This document shows positions 1-10,457 of a stretch of 64,000 bases of DNA, piece after piece. The stretch lies in NCBI GenBank assembly GCA_000708835.1, contig DF237206.1, forward strand, positions 1 through 64,000, in the 5' to 3' direction. Made by a program: the position numbers and the translations under genes. The notes beneath the pieces are model-generated. The model had not been told where the DNA came from. It searched no databases and worked only from the letters and a program-made list of their open reading frames with translations. How positions within the stretch are numbered: the stretch's first letter is position 1; every line of letters starts with the position of its first letter. Origin of the DNA: Klebsormidium nitens (Eukaryota; Plantae; Klebsormidiophyceae).

Positions 1-94
1 GTGGGGTTTTGGGGTCCTGAAGCAGGTTGCAGAAAGAAGCCTGCAAGCTCTGAAGGGACTGTCCATGGCATTCGTTTTGCTGTGCTGTGCATAG

Positions 95-990
95 CCTTTG
101 CGCAAGCACAAGATGGAGGATGAGCTAAAGGCGTTCGTTTTGCTTTCCGGAGGTCCTGCTTGCCTCAAGGATAAGACACTAATTCACCTCCTGGAAGGCA
201 ATCAGATCTGGTGCACAGTGACTGGTCACCTGCAAGGAGCCAACGATGACTCAGAAGCAGTTTTTGTTGCAGACTCCCAAGGCCATCAGTTCCCTCACCC
301 TGTGACCCTACAGAACCTGAGAATTGGCTATGGGACACGCCATGTCGGAGACCCCCTTATCTTTGCGATGATGCAAAGAAAGATCGACGTCACCGCGTTT
401 ATCCAGCAAGTTCAGCAGCCAGAAGTCCCTCCGCCACATGCCTATCCTTCTGCGCCTTCCACTAGGACATCCACTCCTTTTGCTGGCCTTGACCCAAACC
501 AGACCCAATGGCAAGCAGAAGATTGGAGCAGAAAGATGAGAAGTGAGGCGGAGAAACCTGCTGAAGGTCTTTTCGACAACAATCTGTTCAGGGAGGCAAT
601 CCGGAAGTTTGCAGAGAAAGGCCCATTGACGGACTACATGAGATTGGTCCTGCAAGACTTTGCCGAGGAAGACCGATCCTGGAAGTCTAAAGCAAGAGGT
701 TACTTGGAGATCTACGAAGAATCCGATCCTAAGGTGGCCAAAGAGATGGCTGCTGTCCTCTTCCTTGCAAACCGGATTCATTTTGTATCAGTGAGCTGCG
801 AGTATATGGCCCATCAGTTTGCTGCTGAGTCCAGATCTATCATCAGGAAGTATGGAAAGAGTGAGACCTGGACTTTGGACATGATCAACGAAATGGAGTG
901 TGCTATAAGAGAGAAATACTTCCATTTCAAGTCGCTAGCTGAGAAGGAGGTTGCGAAGAATGGAGCTATCCCTGGTTCGTCGCGCTTCAG
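95..990 (+). CDS. Putative gag-like exon (ORF1) of the YR retrotransposon
   Basis: 298-aa stop-free, largely helical ORF upstream of pol. Preceded by a polypyrimidine acceptor (tgtgcatag|95) and ended by the donor AG|gtaagt (991). No recognisable motif; the gag call rests on position only. Confidence 0.4.
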
Positions 991-1087
991 GTAAGTCTAC
1001 GTGTCATCTTGAGTGGCAAACCAGCTCAACCTTCTGCGATGAACAGTTCCAATCTCGATACCAATCAGTTAGTTCTAAGCTCATGTT

Positions 1088-1902
1088 NNNNNNNNNNNNN
1101 NNNNNNNNNNNNNNNNNNNNNNNNNNNNNNNNNNNNNNNNNNNNNNNNNNNNNNNNNNNNNNNNNNNNNNNNNNNNNNNNNNNNNNNNNNNNNNNNNNNN
1201 NNNNNNNNNNNNNNNNNNNNNNNNNNNNNNNNNNNNNNNNNNNNNNNNNNNNNNNNNNNNNNNNNNNNNNNNNNNNNNNNNNNNNNNNNNNNNNNNNNNN
1301 NNNNNNNNNNNNNNNNNNNNNNNNNNNNNNNNNNNNNNNNNNNNNNNNNNNNNNNNNNNNNNNNNNNNNNNNNNNNNNNNNNNNNNNNNNNNNNNNNNNN
1401 NNNNNNNNNNNNNNNNNNNNNNNNNNNNNNNNNNNNNNNNNNNNNNNNNNNNNNNNNNNNNNNNNNNNNNNNNNNNNNNNNNNNNNNNNNNNNNNNNNNN
1501 NNNNNNNNNNNNNNNNNNNNNNNNNNNNNNNNNNNNNNNNNNNNNNNNNNNNNNNNNNNNNNNNNNNNNNNNNNNNNNNNNNNNNNNNNNNNNNNNNNNN
1601 NNNNNNNNNNNNNNNNNNNNNNNNNNNNNNNNNNNNNNNNNNNNNNNNNNNNNNNNNNNNNNNNNNNNNNNNNNNNNNNNNNNNNNNNNNNNNNNNNNNN
1701 NNNNNNNNNNNNNNNNNNNNNNNNNNNNNNNNNNNNNNNNNNNNNNNNNNNNNNNNNNNNNNNNNNNNNNNNNNNNNNNNNNNNNNNNNNNNNNNNNNNN
1801 NNNNNNNNNNNNNNNNNNNNNNNNNNNNNNNNNNNNNNNNNNNNNNNNNNNNNNNNNNNNNNNNNNNNNNNNNNNNNNNNNNNNNNNNNNNNNNNNNNNN
1901 NN
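1088..1902. other. Assembly gap (815 N)
   Basis: Run of N. ORFs spanning it are artefacts. Confidence 0.99.
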
Positions 1903-3001
1903 GCTTCAATTGCCAGAGTTGGCTCCACAATTGGACTGCCCTGTTGCAATTCGTGAAGAGCGAAACTCAGTTAGTTGCGCTAAGCGTGAGGTGGCTGTTT
2001 CTGATGGACTGTTTCCATCTTCTTCTCAGGAAGAATAACCACAAAAGAACCTTCAACGGAAGAAATGGAAGAGAGAATGCCCCTGAAGAAGAGCATCAAG
2101 ATGGCCAAGCTCGCAGAGGAAGAAGGTAGATTTCATGACTGCTAGAAGGAGTGGCAATAGAGCACTGCCTCAAGAGAACATAGATGTACTCCTACGACCA
2201 CGACACGAATGCTTAGAGCTGGTGATTCACATGTTTTAGTCTTTGTTTCGTTTCGTTTCTAGCTTAGGTTCTAGGCAGCCTTTGGACCTAGTAGTAGAAT
2301 TTCGTTAAACGTTTTACCAGATTGGCTTGGGTATCTAGGCCAACTCATTGTAAATCTATCTCCACAGAGCCTTCCAGCCTTCTGTCTTCGAAGATGGTGG
2401 CATGCAAGATAACATTGATGATGACCTCAAGGTCAATAGAAGCATGTAAGCTTCCAACTCGAGCTCATTGAAATGCTGATGATGCAATACAAAACTAGCC
2501 GGAATTGGCATTGATGCCTTACAATAGCTACGTATTACTCATACGAATCTAGTTGACGGATAATGTCGCTTGTGAGACTCCAGATGATCAACCTTCACTG
2601 ATGTTATGCAATTGGTTGTTGCTGGCAGCGTTTTGCCACCTGGTTTCTTGGCCACGGCACCTGTCGAGATTCAAGAATCTCTCGAAGTCAGTAGCTCAAC
2701 GCCTTGCGGTGGCAACTTGTAAGTTTCCTAGCTAGCTCTTTCGCTGGCTCGTTCAGCAATTGAATTGCAAAACAAGCAGAAGAAACAGCCTTCTATTGAC
2801 AATCTAGGCTGCAAATTTGATCCTTATGAAGGCCATGATGCCGTATGTCTGATATGATCATTGCTTTTGAGATGAGCCTTGATGGACGATCTCTCAACGA
2901 CCCCAGGTGGTCATGGATCGCTGATGGTTCATACATTGCCTTGCTGGCAGTACTTTATTTAGTATCACTCCTACTGATTTAAGCATATTGACTGCTGGCA
3001 G

Positions 3002-6000
3002 CTTCGTGCCTCCAAACTCGGCAGAAAGGCCCACAGTCTTTGATGACGAACGAGAGAGCTTCGCCAAGTCAAAGGCTTCAGAATTACCCCCCGAAAAGAT
3101 GAACGAAAGAAAAGGCGCTGATGCCCGGCTTTGCGAGAACGAAGAAGCAGAAGATCTCCTTTCTCTTCCGGATTATGATGCCGACGAGATTGAGATAGAT
3201 CTCCGATCTGATCCGCTGGAAGACGCTGCTGAGTCTTCAGAGCTTCAGCGTAGCTCGCTAGCTCAACTTTGCACTGAAGAGAATGTGAGCAACCTCCAAA
3301 TGCGGGAGCCTCTGGCCCCTGATCCTACCTTCCTCAGATCAGGAGTAGAGCAGGTCCTAGCAGAGTTGCAAGTTATGGCTAATGGCTCAGCGGTCATTGA
3401 CGAGCTAGCAGACGTTGATTGGATCCAAAACGTCAACTCCCACGTTCTCGACTCGGAAGAGTTTGTCGCCGGCTCCTTCAATAGCCATGCTGCGGCTTGG
3501 GAGAAGCTCACAGAGAGTTCTTCTAGAGCCTCAACGAAGACGGTCATAGGCATTATCAAGAACGGCCTAAAACCGTCTTTTGTAGGGACTCAAGACGCTT
3601 CAGATCAAAAGCGAAAGCGGGTGGTAGGAATGCTCAGAAGAGTGGTGCGGAAGGAAGAGATCTCGAAGCTCCTTTCAGGTCGGTTGCCGCACCAGATCGA
3701 GTTTCCCAACCACAAGTCTGCAGAAGATAACGCAGAATTCGTCTGGGACCAGGTTCGCAACAACATAGTCTCTGGAGCAGTCGAGCCCTACGCAAAAGGC
3801 AAGAAGCCTAAGGTCGTCAATCCAGTCGGAGTCGTCTTCAACCCGAAAGGCAGGCTCATCCTCGACGCTCAGTACCCCAACCTGTTCATGAAGCGCTTTN
3901 NNNNNNNNNNNNNNNNNNNNNNNNNNNNNNNNNNNNNNNNNNNNNNNNNNNNNNNNNNNNNNNNNNNNNNNNNNNNNNNNNNNNNNNNNNNNNNNNNNNN
4001 NNNNNNNNNNNNNNNNNNNNNNNNNNNNNNNNNNNNNNNNNNNNNNNNNNNNNNNNNNNNNNNNNNNNNNNNNNNNNNNNNNNNNNNNNNNNNNNNNNNN
4101 NNNNNNNNNNNNNNNNNNNNNNNNNNNNNNNNNNNNNNNNNNNNNNNNNNNNNNNNNNNNNNNNNNNNNNNNNNNNNNNNNNNNNNNNNNNNNNNNNNNN
4201 NNNNNNNNNNNNNNNNNNNNNNNNNNNNNNNNNNNNNNNNNNNNNNNNNNNNNNNNNNNNNNNNNNNNNNNNNNNNNNNNNNNNNNNNNNNNNNNNNNNN
4301 NNNNNNNNNNNNNNNNNNNNNNNNNNNNNNNNNNNNNNNNNNNNNNNNNNNNNNNNNNNNNNNNNNNNNNNNNNNNNNNNNNNNNNNNNNNNNNNNNNNN
4401 NNNNNNNNNNNNNNNNNNNNNNNNNNNNNNNNNNNNNNNNNNNNNNNNNNNNNNNNNNNNNNNNNNNNNNNNNNNNNNNNNNNNNNNNNNNNNNNNNNNN
4501 NNNNNNNNNNNNNNNNNNNNNNNNNNNNNNNNNNNNNNNNNNNNNNNNNNNNNNNNNNNNNNNNNNNNNNNNNNNNNNNNNNNNNNNNNNNNNNNNNNNN
4601 NNNNNNNNNNNNNNNNNNNNNNNNNNNNNNNNNNNNNNNNNNNNNNNNNNNNNNNNNNNNNNNNNNNNNNNNNNNNNNNNNNNNNNNNNNNNNNNNNNNN
4701 NNNNNNNNNNNNNNNNNNNNNNNNNNNNNNNNNNNNNNNNNNNNNNNNNNNNNNNNNNNNNNNNNNNNTTCTTCACGCTCATCCTGCAAGAGCCTCTACT
4801 CGTCCTCAGAGAGCAATCCGTTCCAGTCTCAGGTTACATCGACGACGGCTTCTCTGCCGACGAGGAGAAGGCGAAATGCAGATGGATCTTGGTGCGAATC
4901 CTTCGCCTCTTCTCGCACTTAGGAGCTCACTTCAGCCTGCCCAAGTGCCAGTTAGAGCCTCTCCAGATAGCTGCGTGGCTGGGGTTCGTGGTCGATTCGG
5001 TTGGCGAAACTTTCTCCATCTCGGAGAAGAAGCTCGCCAAGATCGAAGCAGCCTTGCTGAGCGTTATTCAGTCTGACGTTATCTCGGCGAGAGATCTAGC
5101 CGAGATGGCAGGGAAACTCGTTTCCGTAGCCCCCGCTGTCCTGCCGGCCTTGCTTTTCGTCAGGCCCTTGTTCGCAGCCATGAAGGGCAAGGAATCGTGG
5201 GATGTGGCCTTCGAAAGCCCCGACGCAGTCAAGGAGACGGCGCGGCTGTTCTTGATGAAACTTCGCGAGTGGAACGGCCGTAGATGGTACTCGTACCCAG
5301 TAGGCCTCAGTTCCTCGTCAGACGCCTCAGATGTAGGGTTCGGAGGCTTTGTAAGGATGCCAGGCAAAGAACTGCTCGAAGTAGCAGGCACGTTTACTGC
5401 TGAAGAAGCTCAGCTCTCGAGCACTGCAAGGGAGCTTCTGGGTATTCTTGCGACGCTCCAGACAGCCGTCCAAGAATCGTCCGATCGCCTGAGGTTCTCC
5501 ACTTGCCTGATCACGACCGACAACCTGGGGGCCTCGCATGCGCTCAACAAGCTCAAGAGCTCAAGCCCTGATGTGAACGCGGTCCTGCAAAAATTCTTTG
5601 CGCTTTGCTGCGACCAGAAGATCGACATCAGAGCGGCTTGGAAACCACGAGAGGAGTTGGAAGCAGAAGATCTTCTCAGCAGGCAGCCCGACGCCTCCGA
5701 CTGGGGGATCAGTCAAGCCGAGCTGTCAAAGATCCTGCGGTTCTTCCAAGTTCAGATCTCCGTGGACCTGTTTGCTTCCGACACGTGGCACACGGTAGCC
5801 AACTTCGTCTCGCTCAGATACTCTCCAGGCTGCCTAGCAGCGAATGCCCTGTTGCAAGACTGAAAGGCGCTGGTGCCAGACGGAGAGTTCGCTTGGGCCT
5901 TTCCGCCGGTTCGTTTGATTAACGACGCGGTCTGCCTGTTAGAGCGTTTCAAGGTGAATTCCATCCTCGTCGTGCCCAAGAAGGAGGCTTCGAACTGGTG

Positions 6001-6151
6001 GGTGAAGATTCACCAGTGGAAGCTCAAGAGTCGAGCTCCGATGTGGCCAGTTGCAAAGAAAGATACGTCCTGCAGTCCTAGTTTGAGAGTCCCCGCCGGC
6101 ACAACCAATCCGGCGTTCCTCAATTTGGTAGCCATCAAGATACAGTGGTAG
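3002..6151 (+). pseudogene. pol: reverse transcriptase - RNase H - N6-adenine methyltransferase-like domain; interrupted by an N gap and a premature TGA
   Basis: NHKSA...VVNPVGVV..GRLILD..YPNLF before the gap. After the gap, one frame reads FFTLILQEP...GYIDDG continuing into ORF 4889-5863 (RNase H, VDLFAS), then QD*(5861-5863) and the same frame resumes as WAFPP...ILVVP....WW to 6151. Confidence 0.9.
3900..4768. other. Assembly gap (869 N) inside the RT domain
   Basis: Run of N. Confidence 0.99.
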
Positions 6152-6418
6152 CTACTAGATCAATGCTCAAGCGAAGTCTGACATCAATGCAACAAGCGGC
6201 AATTGTTTCTCGTGCCGCGCGTTGCTCTGCTAAGAGTTGCGGCAGATGCGCTTTGAATTTACATACATAACACAATATACATGCTCGAACGCAATAGCAT
6301 CTTCAAAGTTATCATCATGCAGGTCAGTCGGATACAAGTGATTCAAGTACTCACAATCATGAAGTAGCGATTACAATCCTACTAATCATGGCTCGAAAAG
6401 CTGCATCCGACTGGTTCA

Positions 6419-8378
6419 CTAAAACCTCTGGCGGGCAATTGTTACAGCCTGGTCCTTAGCAACTACGGATCCCCAGATTTCTGACACGTACCGTTTAAAA
6501 GAACTCACCGACTCGTGCCGAGTCATACCCATCAACTTTCGGATAGTACAACTATGATTCAAAGCGGCGTGCTGGATCGAAGAACGCCTGAAGCTATGTA
6601 AAGTTTCCCCTTCGAACAACCCTGCATTCTTTTAAGTGCTTCTGAAAACGCTTTAGTAGAGCTCCGGCTTGCATGGGGCCAGGACTGTATCCACTGCGGC
6701 TTCGGTTCATGCTACGGAAGAGGGCATCTTCCTCTTGAACCCCGACTCCTAGCTCTGTCAAGCAAGCAATGAGTTGCGCACTAGCCTCTAGAAAAGTCAT
6801 GCGCCCTGCGCTTGCCTCCCGTTGCAAAGGAATACGTGCCGAAGGCTCCTGTCGAACCGTTTTATTCCGCCCCGGTAAGGCTACACCTTCCTCGCGCTCG
6901 ACTTGCGAGCTGAGTAGAGCCCCGCACTCTGCGCCTCGCGCGCACGACTCCCACATGTACAGAAACGCAGCTCTGTCCATTATCAGATTGCACCGCTCGA
7001 AACCTGTGGCGGTCGCGATCCGAATTCCCATGTCGGCCAGGAGAGCGTCCAGTTTCGTAGCGCTGAAAACCTTCGCTCGTCTTTCGCGTACCCCCTGCTC
7101 GTATAAGTGGTTAGCGTAACCATCCCGGTAAGAGCGCACCAGCTCAGAGGCTGCCGGGTTAACCGCTTCACTAGCACCAAGCAACCGGTACGTCTGCGCT
7201 AGGTGCGACACAGCCGTCCTAACGGCGCTCGCAGACAGTACTCGCTGGCCCGTTCCAGGAACCACCGTTCGGCTCTCCCCAGAATGATTCGGCAGATATT
7301 CGGAGTGAAGAAAAGCGGCCACATCAGAAGATGTCGCCGTCATCTCGCTCACGCCAAACGGATTGTGATGCAGAAACGAAACGTATTCGGACCACGTCCG
7401 TTTTCGAGCCTCATTTGTTTCTTTCGTCGTTCGCTTCTCTGCGATCTCAGCAACGGCTGTCAGTGCCCGTTCGTACCGCTCAAAAGTTTCGTGCTCTGAC
7501 CAGACGCCACGCGAAGCCGAAGCATCGTCACTCAGCAGGCCGCGAGCTTTCATAACTCGACGCTGGCACTCCGCCTGAAACGCGCACCTGCAACACAAAA
7601 TGCGCTTTNNNNNNNNNNNNNNNNNNNNNNNNNNNNNNNNNNNNNNNNNNNNNNNNNNNNNNNNNNNNNNNNNNNNNNNNNNNNNNNNNNNNNNNNNNNN
7701 NNNNNNNNNNNNNNNNNNNNNNNNNNNNNNNNNNNNNNNNNNNNNNNNNNNNNNNNNNNNNNNNNNNNNNNNNNNNNNNNNNNNNNNNNNNNNNNNNNNN
7801 NNNNNNNNNNNNNNNNNNNNNNNNNNNNNNNNNNNNNNNNNNNNNNNNNNNNNNNNNNNNNNNNNNNNNNNNNNNNNNNNNNNNNNNNNNNNNNNNNNNN
7901 NNNNNNNNNNNNNNNNNNNNNNNNNNNNNNNNNNNNNNNNNNNNNNNNNNNNNNNNNNNNNNNNNNNNNNNNNNNNNNNNNNNNNNNNNNNNNNNNNNNN
8001 NNNNNNNNNNNNNNNNNNNNNNNNNNNNNNNNNNNNNNNNNNNNNNNNNNNNNNNNNNNNNNNNNNNNNNNNNNNNNNNNNNNNNNNNNNNNNNNNNNNN
8101 NNNNNNNNNNNNNNNNNNNNNNNNNNNNNNNNNNNNNNNNNNNNNNNNNNNNNNNNNNNNNNNNNNNNNNNNNNNNNNNNNNNNNNNNNNNNNNNNNNNN
8201 NNNNNNNNNNNNNNNNNNNNNNNNNNNNNNNNNNNNNNNNNNNNNNNNNNNNNNNNNNNNNNNNNNNNNNNNNNNNNNNNNNNNNNNNNNNNNNNNNNNN
8301 NNNNNNNNNNNNNNNNNNNNNNNNNNNNNCCCACCCTCCTACCCACTCGCTAAGCTCGCCTTACCTACGCATTGACAT
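6419..8378 (-). pseudogene. Tyrosine recombinase (YR) of the retrotransposon, antisense to pol; frameshifted near 6625; probable short first exon at 8378-8365
   Basis: ORF 6594-7598 has the box I motif ESCARGAEC (R near 6936). Frame-shifted ORF 6419-6619 has ETLHSFRR (6584-6598) and RHES...KRY. Acceptor ttgcag| at 7588 and donor AG|gtaagg at 8364 join in phase as MSMRRCAFQAEC. Confidence 0.88.
7609..8329. other. Assembly gap (721 N) inside the predicted YR intron
   Basis: Run of N. Confidence 0.99.
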
Positions 8379-8703
8379 CTCGTCATGGCTGCTGAGGACT
8401 TCAATGGTCCCTGCCAAGTTGCCTTCCTGGCCGCGCCCGCTCAGCTCTCAAGAAACGCGGCCATGTAGCGCCCAGACGCGTCCCCGCGTATAAAATCCTC
8501 TAAGATCCTGATCATTCGTCAGTAAATGGTGCTGTCGAGACGCCGTTCTGCAGACCGCCCTGAACAAAACGGCGCCCACCTGACCGTCTCTGATCCTGAA
8601 CGAAACGTCAAAGTTTGACATCGTGCACATCACTCATCATTGTCTCAGCCGAGACAGGCTAGCCCATCATGCTAGTTTCGGCAACATGACGTCAGATCTG
8701 CGT

Positions 8704-8732
8704 CAGTAACGTAACCTGGAGTTACGTTACTG
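8704..8732. repeat. Perfect 12-bp inverted repeat with 5-nt spacer (CAGTAACGTAAC-ctgga-GTTACGTTACTG)
   Basis: Read directly from the sequence. Confidence 0.95.
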
Positions 8733-10457
8733 TTCCACTCGCAGTTCCGCCTGCGTATGGAGCCCCTATGCCGCCACCCGAGATTGGCGGTGACGGGGCA
8801 GCAGATCTGAGCCGTCGACCCGCGCAAATCACCTCCCTTCTGACGGTGATGAGTCATTGACAATAATAGAACTTCTGATACTTTCCATTCCTATGGAAAG
8901 CAACATCAAAGTCGAGTCAAATTAGGTATTGAATTTTGAATACGAGGATTGATACATATTACGTTCAAAAACTCCTCGGATGGCAAATCGATTGCGAGAG
9001 GTTTCCAGTGAATACTTGTGGGTCCACAGCGCATGCCTGGTCGCAAAAATGGGTAAATAACGTGGCTCATAGGACTATTGAAAGCTATACCATATTTGCA
9101 TCAATCACGAGCAGTGGGCGGCCTGGCTCATGTGCAAGCTCAGGTGGTCGCCAAGAAACCCCACCTGCCGCCGCCGCCGCCGCGCAGGGATTCCAATGGA
9201 CTTTCGTCCAGCCACAGGCAGCCCCCCGGCTGGCCGCTGTACCAGCTGGGGGGCAGGCGGTTGGCTCTACCGGCCAGCTGAGTGCCCTACGGACCAGTCG
9301 ATTTTACCAGCTACCGAGCTGGCGGGGTGCCTTCGGCACCAGCCAGGGTCCATTCCCGGCCAGCCAGGTCCGCCTCAGGCTGCCAGTTGTGGGAATCCCT
9401 AGGCACCTGCGCCAGCCTCAGGCCCATGGACCATTTTATCTGCCTTGCACGCTCATGTCAATGACGCCTCTAGCTGCTCATGCATGCCTATTAGGCTGAA
9501 CTTGTGATTGGTGGACATGCGAGTATTGTCAAAGTCAACAGTAGCTACTACCTAACTGCTGAAAAACTTTTCTTGTCCCCAATGGCAACAAGTTGGGCCT
9601 CCACTTGCAGGGGCGGCTGCGGTTGCTTGCTGCGGGAGTCTCCAGAGCTTGACAGCTCTTGCGCAACCAACAGCCGCACCTGTCCGCTTTGGAGTAGCAG
9701 CACCACTCTGAGAATGCCTGCCGCCTGCGATATAAGGTTCAATGCCGGCAGGATGGCTGAGGTTTTTCGGCAGAGGACTGGGGGCAGAAGATTTGGGGAA
9801 CTTCGTTTGAGGACGCATCCTGGTAGCGTGTTTGTTGTCACGGTCCCAAATTGGGGCAGCAGTCAGGTAAAACCCAGCACCACACCGTCCCAGAAACCGC
9901 TCAGTAAAACACTTTATTCGTCCTGCTAACAAATCACCACCCCACCAGAACGCTTTTTTGACACCACCACCTTTGAGGAGTCAGTGACCGTACTGTCAAC
10001 AGGCTTTTGGTGGTGTTACATCGCTGCTTTGCTGAGTTACATGAAGTGGTTTAAGCAGCTTTTCAGCATTACACACCTCTTGGTAGATGCGACTGGCTCT
10101 TTCAATTCTCGCAGACAGCGCCCTCAAGAATCAATCGTATCAATAAGCCTTCAAGACCAGAAAGGTGTGCTTCTTCTATCATCTCTGATTCTAGATACCT
10201 TTGGAACATGCGGTCAATCTTGTGACTTCATCTTCAGTTATGGTGGATTTGGTGAACATAGTAAGGTGTGTGCTCAGACAGAAGGTCTCTCCTGGCGATG
10301 TCCACAGGACTTCTGTGTGACATCTTCTACTCCTTTTTTGTACCGCCTTTCCTACTCCTCGTTGATTCAAGACAAGTTTCTCACCTCGTGTTCAGCAGCA
10401 ACTGAGTAGCGAAGATTGTCATGAAGATTCTTCAAGCTTCTCTGCACATATCTGCAG

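Larger units (their letters stand above)
95..8732. mobile_element. Tyrosine-recombinase retrotransposon (DIRS order, PAT/kangaroo-like layout with inverted YR), degenerate; termini not resolved and left end probably outside the window
   Basis: RT YIDD motif (4835-4846), DIRS-type RNase H (SDASDVGFGG / SSTAREL / TDN / W.PRE...DLLSR), Dam-like MT (VDLFAS...AFPP) on +; YR with R, HxxR and Y motifs on -. Carries an in-frame stop and a frameshift. Confidence 0.88.

Noticed and set aside
3893-7608. Gaps 2 and 3 both begin immediately after GCGCTTT
   Set aside because: Could indicate a shared repeat or target site, but with three gaps a 7-mer match is weak evidence and the contexts differ (RT coding versus reverse of a YR intron acceptor region).
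951-8493. Long ORFs made mostly of X (951-2129, 1004-1930, 1009-1956, 1065-1949, 3869-4789, 3886-4782, 7528-8346, 7600-8493)
   Set aside because: Artefacts of translating through N gaps.
8486-8496. TATAAAA on the + strand near the element's right side
   Set aside because: Wrong strand to drive YR, and no + strand gene follows convincingly; left uninterpreted.
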